Assembly (NCBI RefSeq): GCF_001949145.1
Contig: NW_019091362.1
Span: 620,670 to 684,669, forward strand
Reading direction: 5' to 3'
From: Acanthaster planci
Lineage: Eukaryota
Length of the DNA: 64,000 bases
Shown here: in pieces, positions 51,901 to 64,000 of the stretch
How positions within the stretch are numbered: the first letter of the stretch is position 1
Layout: every line of letters begins with the position of its first letter
Made by a program: the position numbers and the translations under genes
The notes under the pieces: generated by a model
Databases searched by the model: none
The model's input: only the letters and a program-made list of their open reading frames with translations
Told to the model about the DNA's origin: nothing

Positions 51901-54747
51901 GTGGTTACCAACCACAAGCAGGCGTAAGGCAGCAGAGCAGCACACATAGCATTTTCTCCGTTGCAATTTCGCTCGACCCTGTCGTCCTTCAGAGGAGGGC
52001 AATCGGATGACCTCATTTTTGTCGAGCACTCCCTTTTTTTTTCCTTCTTTTTTTGATGGTGTTCGTTTGAACAATATAGCACGGGTCAACATCACGTGCA
52101 CGTGACACGTGCGTACTGTCTGAAGGTACGTGCGTGGAGTAGGGACAGCAGGGAGCCCCCAATTTCCTTCACCAAATTTTATCAAAGGCATTTGGTCTTT
52201 CAAGTGCGCTGTAAACTGTTGGGACGAGCTAATATTGCCGTTTGATACTTCGCTTTTACTTCATATCGCATATTTATTGGATCTGTCTGTGCTTAACTGG
52301 CGTTTCAGCTACCACGAATAGTCAAGTAGAATTCTGCATGACGTAATGTACTGATCACCTTTGAGGATGTAAACCTTGTTCCATTGTCTTGTTAGCTTGC
52401 AGTTGTGCTATTTTAGCGAAGTGTGTGTTAAGTACCCGTCCAGTGTGCTTGGTATCAGCCGTTTTTACTCAAACCTTTGAACGTTTGCCTTAAGGTTTTG
52501 ATTGTATTTATCACCCCTTTCTGTGTGTGTGTTTTGTTTTGTTGGATTATTGGTTTTTTTTCTTTCTTAATTTTCCCCGAATCTGCCGTCTTTCGATAAA
52601 GGAATGATTTACTTCATGCAATACAACTTTCTTTTTATTCCCGGCTTCTTTTAGTCTGATTCCGGAAGGTATGCATGTACTTCTGGATGACCATGACTTC
52701 ATGCCATGGCTCCGGTTTGCCCAACGTAATCGACAATGTTAGACTGTAGTAGTTATTTAGTTTGATTTTATTTGTGTATCTCTACAACGGAAAGAGTATC
52801 CCGTAAGTTTTGAGAAACAAAAATGTGAATGGTGACGAGATGTTAAAATCACCCGTTACGATGCTGAAAAAGGAGCACAGCTTACGATACTCGTAAGCTC
52901 AATTTTGGTGCTGAATCACTATTGATATACTCGTGTCTCGTGATTGGTTACTCGGTTGAAATACTTAACGAATCACACAGTCTTCTGATTTCAGTCTTGC
53001 TCGGGATAGGTTAGACGATTTAGTGAATGAGCGACTTATGTGCATGCATCCATTTGCCCATGCGCTTAAGCTCTTAACAGAATCGGAAGTGAAAAACCTT
53101 GTAAAATACGGTATATTTAGAGGTGTATATTTCTAGTAGTAAGCTACATAAGGGAGTTAATCACCGTGTACAGTGTATACGCGTTTAAGAAATGCATGTA
53201 TATAGTGAGTACATGTATTTCAACATCGTGGTACTAAATTCCTATTATCTTAATTCGTACAAAGTTATGCCCTGTGAATCTGAAACCCAACCCAATTTTT
53301 CTATCAGTTTTATAAGCTTGTAATATAATTCTTTGGAATCGTGGTTTTTTTCGTAATTGGTGATTTCAAAACCAGTAGCAGTGTACAAAGACTGTACTTA
53401 ATGAGCACTTAACACTTGTGTTGTATTATTTAATCACGTGGGCTTAAATTATATTTAGGTCTGAAATCAGTGAATGTCGGCGAATTCGGATCGCTTGTCT
53501 TCTCCAAGACGTGGATATTTTCTTTCTGTCCAACTAATCTTTCATTAAAAGTTCTCTTGTATTGGGCACTCTGTATTCCAAGAAAAAGTTGGTGTAGAAA
53601 ATAATGAACAAAAAATAATATAAGACGAGACAACAAGCAAGTCATTAGTGTGTATGTATATCGTTTCTATAAGATTAACTGTGTTAGTTTTTGAAATTTT
53701 AAGAAAATCGTTTCCTCTCACGGGGTTGGAATGTGGGTATTTCCAATATTGGTTTCGTGTTATGAACTGTCGAGTACACGGGGATGGTTGGTATCTGTGG
53801 TGTGTATCTTGTTTTTAATGGTGTAGGGTTTTCTTCATAAGTGAAATTCAGTGAAGGGTGGATATTAATGGCCAATAATAAATACATGACCACCATCGTC
53901 TAGATATAGAATATCTGTGTAGACTGTCTGTTTTTTGCTTTGCTCTTTTGACACAGTGATGATTTTTCAATCTCTTCTTCCTCTTCCTACAAATGAAACA
54001 ACGGTTCGTGTCAATTACACGTTTTGATAACCTCCTGTGCATTGGTGGGGAGAAAACCATTCAAGTTTCTCGGAGTATATTGATCAAAATGTGCTTGGAA
54101 TCGAAAACAATATCAAAAATTGCAAATATAAAATCGGGCGGTATTCTTGCAAAGATATACATGTACTCTCGACTGCCTGTGAAATATCAGTGACATGATT
54201 TTTATCCTCGTACATTATTAACTTTCAATGGCACTCGTACCATTGCCATGGAGCTGTTAATCATGATTGGTGGATACTGTTGTGCCACTTGTCCCTGGGT
54301 ACGTTTCTCATCTCAGGGAGTTCTGATGCCGGGTCAACAGAAATGCTTCCACTTTGTGAAATACTCGAACAAAAAACATCCTTCAAGGGTTTTTGATGAC
54401 GTTCTACAACACAGTTTGAAGTGGCAACTAGGCTTGGAATAAATGTGACATATTATGCCGACAAACAATTTTTGTTTTGTATTCTTGATTTATAAAGCGA
54501 TGAAATTATCAACCTTGGTATGACCTGGAAATTTCAAATGAATCATTAACTCATGCTTGTAACTGTCTCTTTTCTTACTTGTCAATTTGTAATATGACAT
54601 TCGAGCAAGGCTGCGCTAACTTTCGATGACACTGCATCTGCAAAGTCTCCATTCTGTGGTGTATTGAAAACTAAGCGTGACTCTACCGTCTGATAGCAAA
54701 GCTATATTATATGCAGGATTAGTATACTGCAGCTGAAGGAGACGAGG

Positions 54748-56011
54748 ATGAAGGGTCAGCTATTTGTTTGCTGTTTGCTGGTGGTAGCGTTGTTCTCTCG
54801 GCCTGGAGAAGCACTCTGCCTCTGTCCAACCTGCCCCAACGGATGGCGGCTCATGGACGGGTACTGCTACCGAGTTTTCCCTCAAGACAAACAATGGTCC
54901 AAAGCAGATGAATTCTGCAAGTAAGTTGGGTCATGGTATAATAGATTTGTCTTGATGTTTTTGTTGGTCAGATAATACCCTAGCCTACTCGCCCGCTTCC
55001 TGCAAAGCCTGGATTCTTAAATCAAGCCCCAATTTTACTTGAATGCTTAATTGATCTAGCTAAAAAGTGCTCACAATCACGAAGAATGTCGAAAAGCTTT
55101 GTTAATATTTCGAGAAGGGTAAGCCTCGAAACTTATGGGGTGACCGCAAAGCATTTAAAATCAGGCAGAATTCTTACCTTTCATACTGTTTGCCCGGCAA
55201 CAGAATGAACATGTCTTTTAGGCCTATGTGTGTTTTTCTGGTTTTCGTCCTTTCTGTTTATGAATTTGATTTTAATGCAGAAATTTGCCTTGTTTTTTCT
55301 TCTAATCCAGTAAGTTTAACAGAAGCAGGTCATCCTCTTTGGTGTCGATTCATAGCGAAAAGGAAAACAAGTTTGTCGGCAACCTTGCAGGAAAGAGACG
55401 GTCTTGGATTGGGCTCCATGACAGGTGAGATAACATAGTGTCATTGATTTGAAAGGTTTAGACCTTAGTGAAAGAAAACGATTAGTGTGTCTTGATGAGA
55501 TGATTGACTTGAGTCAAATGGAGGGGTTTCTTATACATACTCTCCAGAAACACTAGACACCATTTATCTCATTCAAGTAAGGGAACCTTGGAATCTCGGG
55601 TGGACGATATTATGCAGTAAGGTGCCGGAACCACAGGAATGAGACACCACAGACGTTCCTTTATCCATAAAACAGTGTTAACACATTTGACATCACTGTC
55701 AGTCTCATGCATCATTGTCGCTGTCCCTACAGTCTCATGCATCATTGTCGCTGTCCCTACAGTCATTTTTTATCAATGTCATTCACATAAACGTCTCACT
55801 CCTTCAAAACAAATCCTATAGGTACAGCGAGGCGAAATTTATGTACACGGATGGGTCGCCGTTTAACTACGATGCATTCCTTCCGGGTGAACCTAACAAT
55901 GCAAACGGGGAAGACTGTGTGGAGATCAAGTGGAGAAAATGGAACGACCTGAAGTGCAACTTGCCTCGGCCATTCATCTGCAAAATGTGGCCTTCTTACG
56001 AAGAAAAGTGA
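54748..56011 (+). CDS. Secreted single-domain C-type lectin, 158 aa (exons 54748-54920, 55311-55424, 55822-56011)
   Basis: Signal peptide MKGQLFVCCLLVVALFSRPGEA; long-form CTLD CPNGW...YCY, W..A..FC, LVSIHSEKEN, WIGLHD, GEPNN, EDCV, WNDLKC, FICK. Both introns are GT-AG phase 2; spliced length 477 nt. Confidence 0.93.
55701..55764. repeat. 30-bp perfect tandem duplication in lectin intron 2
   Basis: agtctcatgcatcattgtcgctgtccctac x2. Confidence 0.9.
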
Positions 56012-56999
56012 GACTCAAACACAGTGTACCTTAGCCCCGAAAGCGGGAAATCTCGGTATTATTCAAATTTACACCATACGTTACATACTTTCAAGGGTTA
56101 TTTGATTGTTCTCCCAGTGGCCACGCGTGGAATGCTCCTTTCTTTACGGTCCCTCTTATCGGATTCACTAGCTGGGAATTATTCATCCTCTGAATTTTCG
56201 TGAGGGGAATCGTTGTTCTGATTGTTCGTAACCAGTGTTGCATAGGCTTGCAGGCCAATATACAGAATTGAAGTTGCTAAAGTCCAAGGCAAAGTCACGT
56301 TTTCCCATTTGAAGTGCCTGGACCGGTTTTTGTGCGAGTCACGTCCATTATTGTGCATATTGAACTTGCCAGTCGCGGAGGGATTGAGGTCAGGCTCCCG
56401 AAAACAACCACATCGGTTAAACTGACGAGCTCACTGGGCCGAATAACTGACCGCAGTGAATGAGCCGTATTCAAGAAAAAAAACACCACCATTTTAAGCG
56501 TCCCAGACTGATGACAAGTGCTCTAGACGAGGTTTGACGAGGCTAGTGTTTTATAAGATCTTCGCATATGCGTCTGCCGTAAACGGCTACGGCCAAAGAG
56601 TATGTGTCAACACTCTGCTGTAAAGTAGTCCGCACAATAAGCAATGCACTACATGTGCTGTGGGTTATTGCTTTATTTGTAAAGAATCTTTACTAATTTT
56701 GTATAGGATATTGGACTACAGTATACACCTTCACGAAACCATGCACGTACCGGTAGCCTGTATTATTTCAGTTAAGAGTTGAAAAGGTCAATAACTGAGC
56801 TTTCATGTGAAGCCGCTCTTTCGAGTGGACGAACGGCCATTATGATGGATCCTTTGTGAGAGTAGTACAGTTCTTGCCATTTCCTAAAATGGGTTTGATT
56901 TCTCTAATAGGCTGCAATGACAATTTTGACCCCCCCAGCAGTGGTGTGTGGGGGCGGGGTTCCTCCCCTGAATGACGTGTTGCCTTTTTAATTCAAAGG

Positions 57000-57101
57000 G
57001 CCGCATTTTAAAAATGGTACTGCCGGCTTTCAAGGGGTGAAGGTTTTTTCGCCGCATTTTAAAAATGGTACTGCCGGCTTTCAAGGGGTGAAGGTTTTTT
57101 C
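57000..57101. repeat. 51-bp perfect tandem duplication
   Basis: gccgcattttaaaaatggtactgccggctttcaaggggtgaaggttttttc x2. Confidence 0.9.
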
Positions 57102-60100
57102 ACGTTGACAAAATTGGACAATCATTTGCAGAAAAAAGCACCATTTTGGCCCTCCCATGGTCCCAAGACCTGGATATGCACGCGTGCGATTTGCGTATTG
57201 AAATTGCGTGTTGAAATATCTGGGAAGCCAAGTCACCCAACACCAAAAAAGTACCGTAAAGGAAATCGAGACGGTAGGTGTAGGACGGAAGCATATTGCT
57301 GCCACATGTAAATGTAAAAAAAGTAGAAAATAAAAGAAAAAAAGGAAAATCGCCCACAATGTTCTTTATGACAAAATTAACCTCTGCAACACAGTAATAT
57401 CAACAACTGACTTTGTTTTCCCACACCAACTTCATACCGTTTTATTTGTCCACCGACGATTTGTTTAAAATTGCAAGCTATTGGTCATTCAAATCCAACA
57501 CATAACTTACGATTACGCTACTTTGGTCCCATTTACTATATTATTCATCAAGTCTTAAATTTATATACGATTTTAACACAGGCCTATCCTAAAGGTATGA
57601 TTTAGGGTATAAAATATTTTGTAACCATTGCTCAATCAAATGTACCCAATAACTGATACGGTGAAAATACAAAAAAAACGAACAAAACAGACCTGAATTT
57701 AATGACTTACCATTGATACGTGTAATAATGATAATGTTACTGAGTATAAGCAAAAGGGTAGTTGAGATTTTCATAAACTGAGTAATTTATTAATCTCAAC
57801 TGATTTTAAAGACCACTATGTCATGAATTTTGGCATAAACTAATTCTACCTTCACCTACACATATTTGATAATCATATCAACCTCGTGAATTTTTTGCAT
57901 TTTTTTATCCTATTAAAAAAAAAGACTCTGATCCGACATCATATAATGAAATTATTTCTTTTGCAATGTGGCACCCTATTCTGTCGTTAATTTTGAATTG
58001 ATTGTTTTGCTGTTTAAACTATGCCAGTATTTTTGCATTTTGAATCTTACAACAGCGTTACAGTTACATGTGTATACGTTTTTTGGCGTTTTCTGTTTGA
58101 AAGTCTGTTTTCTGTTTGATTGTCTGTGAGCTACACCCTGTTTAGATAAAAGTGTTATAGTTTGCCAAGAACCGAATTTCCAAAATATTGTGAATGTATT
58201 TTACTGCTATAATTTGTACTTCTTCAACATTCACCCTACGTTACAATACCACAGGTGAAGTTCGATGCTGGTAGGAGGAAAATCAAATGACTGTAAGGCT
58301 TCGATTATAAAGGAGATACAAAACGATTTCTGTAATCGAAGATAATATTTGTAGTACATGTGTCTGTAAATGCCGACAATCTTCAGACTTCTTGAGGAGT
58401 TCCCCCCTCGGCAGGGGTTATCCCCTTCTTAAAGGTGATAGCCAACAGTTCTTGACTGTCCTTGATGTCTGGATACTGACTCAGCTCATAGGCTTACTTG
58501 GATTCCGAGAACATAAATCCGGATGCCCTGATTTGCGACGTTTCACTTACATTCCCGATAGAGACCACTGCAAATAATCAGTAATAGCGTTACCATGGTC
58601 ACCGGATTCGCCTCTGTGGGAATGTGCACACTTGCCGGACTCTTTTGTTTGGTAAAACGACACATTTGTGAGTGAGCTTGACCCGAAAAACAATTTATCT
58701 GGGAGATGTCTGGGCAAACAAGACCGTAAACGTGAATTGGTGTGACTGGGAGTATAAAGTGAAAGTCAGCTGTAACTGTCATGAACTAATTCTCCGATTA
58801 ATATTAAACGATTAAACATTGTAGCAAAGTCATTAATAATACATCAAAAAGTCATGAATAATATCGTCACAACGTCATGAATAATTCATCACCTATAAAC
58901 TCTATTACTTTCACCAATACAAAAAAATTTGGCATAATATGCGTCACAAAATTAGAAATAGATTTTTCACCGCCACCGTTTACTGTGTCTAAAAGTGAAT
59001 GAATAAATAAAACATAGTATTAGAATGAGGGACGTCTACATATTTTCCCATAGATTCAATTCATTTTTCATGTTTNNNNNNNNNNNNNNNNNNNNNNNNN
59101 NNNNNNNNNNNNNNNNNNNNNNNNNNNNNNNNNNNNNNNNNNNNNNNNNNNNNNNNNNNNNNNNNNNNNNNNNNNNNNNNNNNNNNNNNNNNNNNNNNNN
59201 NNNNNNNNNNNNNNNNNNNNNNNNNNNNNNNNNNNNNNNNNNNNNNNNNNNNNNNNNNNNNNNNNNNNNNNNNNNNNNNNNNNNNNNNNNNNNNNNNNNN
59301 NNNNNNNNNNNNNNNNNNNNNNNNNNNNNNNNNNNNNNNNNNNNNNNNNNNNNNNNNNNNNNNNNNNNNNNNNNNNNNNNNNNNNNNNNNNNNNNNNNNN
59401 NNNNNNNNNNNNNNNNNNNNNNNNNNNNNNNNNNNNNNNNNNNNNNNNNNNNNNNNNNNNNNNNNNNNNNNNNNNNNNNNNNNNNNNNNNNNNNNNNNNN
59501 NNNNNNNNNNNNNNNNNNNNNNNNNNNNNNNNNNNNNNNNNNNNNNNNNNNNNNNNNNNNNNNNNNNNNNNNNNNNNNNNNNNNNNNNNNNNNNNNNNNN
59601 NNNNNNNNNNNNNNNNNNNNNNNNNNNNNNNNTTTTGATTTTTGAACAGCTGCAAAAAGTAGAGAGATGGCTTCCAAAGCCGTGTGGACCATGTAGACAA
59701 TGGGAAGTTTTGCAAAATTAACATTAATTATTTTCCGAAACACAGAAATGAATGTTCCTGTTTATATAGAAAAGAATTCAGCCCATCCAAACCTTAACTC
59801 TCGAATAACGTACATGGACGCCGCCATGTTACATGTTGCTTGTATATGTAATAACCGGTTGTTTGTTCCCGGCGTTCGAGCGGCCGACTCTGACCCACGA
59901 ACAAATCGAGCTATTCGTGAACATACAGGAACAAGCCGCCCGAACTCGGCCTTTAAAGAGTCAGACAAACAATATAAAACATTCCGAAAATGCCTGATTA
60001 CTGCCTACATCTTAGCCGGACAAGCAGGGCCGGTAATATCCTAGCAATACTAGTATTTTTTGCTTGCAATTAATTATAAATTATTGCTGTGACAAGGCAA

Positions 60101-60660
60101 TAGAGGGAGAAAAGTCCCTGATATTAGACCTATCTTTGCCATCGTAAATAAACTTTTAAAATTTTGATACACTGTTCAATTATCCATGCAAAGTTTGTAG
60201 GTTTATTTTCCTCCTTCCAATACACTAGTGTTCAAAAACTATGTACGAATTTGGCGGAGACTGGCCAACAATATGTTGACTTTTACTGGAAAGCTAAGTT
60301 CATAAGTAACAAAATGCGCTATTTCATCACAGGGAGTGATCGTGAAATTTCATAAAATACGCTTTTGTACAAATGCAATAATAAAAATGATTCAAACAAA
60401 ACACAAAATCTCGTAAACAACCAGACTATTCATTCCCACAAAAGTTCCAGAAGAGAGAGCTCTTTAGGGGCAATGACTGCACATATAGATTTAGGGCACA
60501 CAGCGTAATGCAAGCAACTGCGCAAGCATTAAATTTAATGTTGTCATGAGATCATACCAAGCACCAACAAAGGCATAAAAACTCAGTTTCCTATACCTCA
60601 GTGCTCAACGTTTTAAGGATGTATATTACCAGCCACAAAATATGTCATAAAATTTAAAAN

Positions 60661-60672
60661 ATAGCCGCCCCT
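60661..60672 (-). other. Probable polypurine tract / 3' LTR junction of the BEL element
   Basis: The minus strand reads tttAGGGGCGGCta-T-n about 190 bp past the pol stop. The single N falls where the G of the LTR-opening TG is expected. Confidence 0.6.
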
Positions 60673-60861
60673 AAACTGTGAGCAACAGTTTATTTAATAC
60701 TGGCAAATGGTTATTGAGGAACACTGGCAATTTGGAACAACAAAACTTTGAACAGCAAGATGTCTGGCAAGGTCAATAGGTAACATGTATAGACTGAACA
60801 AGATTACAAGATGGCCGCCCCATGTTAATGGGGTGGGTGAAGATGAAAGTAACAACTGGTT

Positions 60862-63800
60862 CTAGTCTGGATTTGGAGAGACAGGGTCAGCCACTTCAGC
60901 TCTGTCTTCGGTCTCATCAGGCAGCCGGATCAACTTGGCAACTGGGCGGGTGTAAACTCGTCCACCTGATTCAACTCTTACAGCACGTACACGCCCATCA
61001 TCTCCAGGTAGTACTTCGATGATGCGTGCCAAAGGCCAGGAAGCACGGACCTGGTGTGGATCTATCATCAAGACCACATTTCCAACTGCAAGATCGTCTT
61101 CTTCCTTTCGCCATTTCTGGCGAGCTTGCATCGAAGGAAGATAGGAGTCGACAAACTCCTTCCAGAACTGTTGCATCAATGCCTGACATTGACGCCAACG
61201 ACGACGGCCATGGATGTACTGATCTGGGTAAACTACCTGTGGCGGAGCGTGGTCTGGCCGCCCCAAGAGCAATGTGAAAGGTGTGATTGGATCAGGGTCT
61301 GCTACATCAGAGGACACATATCCCAAGGGTTTTGAGTTGAGGAGAGCCTCTACCTCGACCAGACTGGTGTATAAGACAGCGGCAGACACAGTCCGATTGC
61401 CAAGGATGGCATACAAGGCATTCTTTACAGAACGCACCTCCCTTTCCCATGTTCCGCCAAAGTGTGGAGCAGACGGCGGATTGAATTTGAATCGGACCTT
61501 ATACTTAGCAAGCTGCTCCTGCAAGCTAGGCGTCATTTCACTGAAGGCCTTGGTCAACTCTGTCAATCCCCCCTTGAAATTGGTTCCATTGTCACAGAGG
61601 ACCTCATGCGGGGTACCTCTTCGAGACCGAAAACGGTTAAATGCCATGAGAAAGGCATCGGCGTCAAGGGAGTCGAGCAGATCAAGGTAGACCGCTCGGG
61701 TAGTCATACATTTCCAGATGATTCCCCATCTTTGCTCACTTCTCCTGCCAAGGGAGACTGTGAACGGGCCAAAGCAATCTACCCCAGTAGAGTAGAAGGC
61801 AGGTTTGCCAATGCGGAGTCGGGATGGGGGTAGATCTGCCATCTTTGGAATGGAGGGTTTGCCACGTCGCCTAATGCAGCCCTCACATCGACTTTGCAGG
61901 CTCCTGATGGACTGTCTTCCTCGTATTATCCAGAAGCGACGTCGCAGATCGGCAAGAACCATGTCTGCACCACCATGTCCCAAGCGGCAATCAGCCTCTT
62001 GAATAAGCAGACAGGTAACTGGATGCTTGGGGTCTAACACTATCGGATGCTTGGCATTAGAGTCCAGCTCTGTTGCCCGACGGAGACGTCCACCAACCCG
62101 GATCAGCTGACTTTCGGCGTCATATTCAGGGCAAAGACAGCTCAGTCGACTCTTGTTAGAGACAGGCTTTCCAGCAGACAAAGTTACTAGGTCTTTCTGA
62201 AAGCAATCTGTCTGTACCCGTTGGAACAACAACCTCTCAATTTTGGATCGATCATCAGCACTCAGGAACGGAGGTCCCTCCTCCCCTTGGGATTGGTACA
62301 GGGCTTTACTGTACCCTTCAACCAGCCCGTCCCAAGTGTCAAAGCATGAAACATCGATCTCTGGACGTTTTTCCTGAGGCGTCACCATCATCCCAGTGAA
62401 GAAGTCTGGTTTCACTTCCAAACGGGCTTCCTCTTTGGTGAGTTTCGGTGGTTCCTGTGGCCAGTCCGTTTCAGACTGAAGCAGAAAGAAGGGACGGTGC
62501 CATCGACTGCCGTCACGTATTTGTTGCAAGGGTAGACCTCGAGTAAGGTCGTCTGCGGGATTGTTTTGTGACTCTACATAACGCCAGGTGACATGATTCG
62601 TCAGCCGTTGAACTTCTGCAACTCGGGCACCGACAAATCTGTTATAGCGACACGACTCCGAGTTTATCCAGGCGAGAACAGTCGTACTGTCGCTCCAGCA
62701 GGTAGTTCGGGCTCTAATGGACAGTTCATCTTCCAGGAGTTCAACCAACTCCGCTCCACTTACTGCAGCCATGAGTTCCAATCTAGGCATGGTCTGGACT
62801 CGCTTTGGTGCCAAACGAGATCTAGCCATCACGAATTCAGCTGAGACTTCACCGACTTCGTTCATCACTCGCAGGTACCCTACCGCCCCATAGGCCTTTT
62901 CTGATGCATCGGTGAATACATGCAGCTGGTAGCTGCTGGTGGCTGGATTGAAGTGTAGAGGAGTATAGCATCGAGGCAAGCTGACATCTTTCAGTTGGGC
63001 AAGCTCTTGCCTCCACCTCAAATGCTTGGCCCGAATGCCTTCCTCACCTTCATCAGGAATTTCATCATCCCAGCCCCATGGTCGCTTCCACAATTCTTGA
63101 ACCAATATCTTGCCTCTCACCATGAAGGGCATCAGGTAACCAAGTGGATCCTTTCCGGAGCAACGCATTACGTCACTTAGCACTGCTCTTCGGGTAAGGA
63201 TTGGCCAGTCCGAGAGCTGGAGCTGGTATGTCAGGACATCCCTCTCAAAATTCCAGCGAGGACCCAAGGCAACTTCTTCAGGAGTATCACCACTGAAGTT
63301 GAGCCATCGTTCGGTATTGTCTGACCGAGCTTCAGATTGTAAGTCAGCAACCACGGCAGGCTTGTTACTTGCCCACTTCACAATTGGGAATCCTCCCGCA
63401 CCGAGGGACTCACGCAACTTCTCCACAAGCTGCTTGGCCTCATCAACCGTGGGCTTACCATCAAGGCAATTGTCTACATAAAAAGCCTCTAGGACACTAC
63501 GGAGGACATCTGGATCTCCCACATTGTCCCTTACATGCTTCTGGAGGGCAAAGGACGCACAACATGGACTGCACGTTGTCCCAAATGGAAGTACATTCCA
63601 TTCAAGTTCCTCTGGTTCCCTGTCAGAGTTGGGTTCCTTCCAGAGAAAGCGTAGCATAGATTTGTCTGCTTCCAAAGTTGAGACACAATGAAACATCGCC
63701 TTGATATCCCCACATATGGCAACCGGGTGTTTTCTGAATCTGAGGAGAACACCAACTAATGATGACCCAAGAGTCGGACCCGGGAGAAGGTCCTCGTTCA

Positions 63801-64000
63801 GCGATTCACCCTGGTAGCGAAAGGCACAATTGAAGACAAGTCGGGACTTGTCATTCTGGCGCACAACATGATGCGGAATATACCACTGCGATTCAGGTTC
63901 CTGGTCACCCCCTTGGTTGACAACAGTGCGGACAAGGCCTCCTTCCTTGAGTTCCTGGATCTTACCGCAATGAATCTTTGCCAAATCAGGGTCTCTCAAC
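60862..64000 (-). mobile_element. BEL/Pao LTR retrotransposon pol ORF (RT - RNase H - integrase - C-terminal DUF5641-like region), 5' end beyond window
   Basis: Stop-free 1045 codons. RT: WYIPHH, RLVFN, SLNEDLLPGP, GDIKAMF, LPFG, FYVDN. RNase H: LHVFTDASEKAYG, TMPRLELMAA, WSDSTTVLAWI, NPADDLTRG. Integrase: H..C..C, DCFGPF, CDNGTNF, PHFGGTWEREVRSVK. C-terminus WPLARI...GDDGRVR...RPVAKL. Domain order and motifs are typical of BEL/Pao. Confidence 0.97.

Noticed and set aside
50779..53882. Definite neurabin polyadenylation site
   Set aside because: Several candidates (AATAAA 50779, ATTAAA 53544, AATAAA 53877) cannot be distinguished without 3'-end data.
60998..63755. Short ORFs overlapping the BEL pol
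   Set aside because: Antisense or alternate-frame shadows of the long ORF; no env-like or other recognisable product.

Overview
Intron-rich, AT-rich animal genomic DNA from a draft scaffold with four N-gaps and two single-N joins. The repeat content and lectin type suggest an invertebrate deuterostome, probably an echinoderm such as a sea star (inference). Three main items: (1) the 3' part of a neurabin/spinophilin (PPP1R9) gene on the + strand, where 13 phase-consistent GT-AG exons from 14259 to 48911 give about 758 aa covering the end of the PDZ domain, the coiled coil, a low-complexity linker and the C-terminal SAM domain; (2) a complete 3-exon secreted C-type lectin gene (54748-56011, EPN/WND type); (3) an uninterrupted pol ORF of a BEL/Pao LTR retrotransposon on the - strand running off the right edge. 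Introns carry MITEs, tRNA-derived SINE heads, an 82-bp-arm hairpin insertion with a target-site duplication, and a probable haplotype-duplication artefact. I found no convincing wholly new biological system. The best leads are candidate frame-preserving micro/cassette exons in the neurabin gene (42, 18 and 27 nt), an 11-nt candidate that would remove the SAM domain, and a dense strand-biased TGACCT cluster just after the neurabin stop codon. All splice calls come from manual reading and lack transcript support.
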